Translations under genes and position numbers: made by a program
The notes under the pieces: model-generated
The model's input: only the letters and a program-made list of their open reading frames with translations
Databases searched by the model: none
What the model was told of the DNA's origin: nothing
Shown: positions 55,574 to 56,594 of the stretch, one piece after another
Numbering within the stretch: the first letter of the stretch is position 1
How the letters are laid out: every line of letters begins with the position of its first letter
Virus record (IMG/VR): IMGVR_UViG_3300025151_000041
Location: 1-56,594 of that record
Source of the DNA: a virus
Taxonomy: Duplodnaviria > Caudoviricetes
DNA: 56,594 bases
Strand: one strand, 5' to 3'

Positions 55574-56594
55574 ATGGCAAGTACATATACAACGAACACT
55601 GGAATAGAAAAACCAGCCACAGGTGACCGATCAGGTACTTGGGGAACTATGACAAATACCAATATGGACTTGATTGACCAAGCCCTTGATGGATTTATTT
55701 CTATCACTGCGGCAGCAACGGGGTCTACAGGTTCTCCGAATACCCTTCCGATTACAGATGGGTCAGTATCAAATGGACGAAACCGAATCATTAAAATTGT
55801 TGATGGTGGTGATTTAGGCGGTACAGTTTACTATCAAATAACGCCAAATGATGCAGAAAGATATTTATGGATTGAAAACGGATTATCAGGTTCACGCTCA
55901 ATCCTTCTTTTTCAAGGCACATACAATGCATCTAATGACATAGAAATACCAGCAGGTAAAACAAAACTTGTTCGCTCAGATGGAGCAGGTAGTGGGGCAG
56001 TAGTTGTTGAGTTAGCTCCTAACCTTGCAGTAACAGGCTCTTACCAAGTTGATAATATCCTTTTAGATGGCAACACAATTAGTTCAACAGATACTAACGG
56101 TAACATCAACATTACCCCTAATGGTAATGGTGATGTGAATCTTGGTGCTGACACTATAATGATTGGTGATGATGATACTGATGTTACGCTGACAACACAA
56201 GGTACAGGAGACCTTACTCTTAGTACAAACAGTGGCTCAAACTCAGGTACGATTGTTATAGCTGACGCAGCTAATAATGACATAACTTTAACACCGAACG
56301 GTACAGGAAATGTTAATGTTGTTGCAGATACGTTAGTTGTTGGTGATTCTAACGCAACAGCAACCGTTACTTCAAACGGTACAGGAGATTTAGTTCTTTC
56401 AACGAATGGAGGAACAGACAGTGGAACAATTACGATTACAGATGCTGCGAACAATGACATCTCTATTGCTCCGAATGGCACGGGTAATGTCAATCTACAA
56501 GCTGACAGTGTTGTGGCTGGTGATTCAAATGCTGATTTTACTCTTACTACTAATGGCACTGGGGATTTAATCCTTAACACAAACTCAGGCACAA
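55574..56594 (+). CDS. tail fibre protein, truncated by window end (not in ORF track)
   Basis: Manual: MASTYTTNTGIEKPATGDRSGTWG.MTN.N; open to window end; 59-aa repeats with PNG.G at 56117, 56294, 56471. Confidence 0.75.
   Translation, partial: MASTYTTNTGIEKPATGDRSGTWGTMTNTNMDLIDQALDGFISITAAATGSTGSPNTLPITDGSVSNGRNRIIKIVDGGDLGGTVYYQITPNDAERYLWIENGLSGSRSILLFQGTYNASNDIEIPAGKTKLVRSDGAGSGAVVVELAPNLAVTGSYQVDNILLDGNTISSTDTNGNINITPNGNGDVNLGADTIMIGDDDTDVTLTTQGTGDLTLSTNSGSNSGTIVIADAANNDITLTPNGTGNVNVVADTLVVGDSNATATVTSNGTGDLVLSTNGGTDSGTITITDAANNDISIAPNGTGNVNLQADSVVAGDSNADFTLTTNGTGDLILNTNSGT

Noticed and set aside
1-56594. tRNA, rRNA, integrase, transposase, reverse transcriptase/DGR, alternative genetic code
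   Set aside because: None recognised by eye; long genes read through intact in the standard code using all three stop codons.

Overview
An AT-rich, apparently near-complete tailed dsDNA phage genome, opened inside the tail-fibre region, with podovirus-like organisation and no tape measure or sheath seen. Gene order: tail and internal virion proteins (1-12 kb); one minus-strand SNF2-type helicase; a replication module (SSB-like protein, primase, UvrD helicase, DUF932, PolA); a thymidine-hypermodification cluster (5-hmdU DNA kinase-type helical protein, GT-B glycosyltransferase, dUMP hydroxymethylase-like thymidylate synthase, DUF1599-like protein); a GH108 lysin; about 30 small early genes with a shared AGAAAGG(G) leader, some in repeated hairpin-promoter-RBS cassettes; TerS and a nuclease; then TerL, portal, holins, GroES, scaffold, capsid, adaptors and tail fibre. 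The strongest signal is a 930-bp island (38186-39115) between terS and terL. It holds a whole transcription unit and has no GA except in CGA and no TC except in TCG, and the bias becomes single-stranded with opposite polarity on either side. I infer that this is a modification-free, first-expressed or terminal segment linked to a context-specific glycosyl-hmU system. Also notable: two homologous 150-170 bp inverted-repeat elements bracketing the replication/early block, a pseudoknot-like leader and a candidate anti-SD sRNA. All family calls come from motif recognition by eye and all counts are manual; no searches were run.
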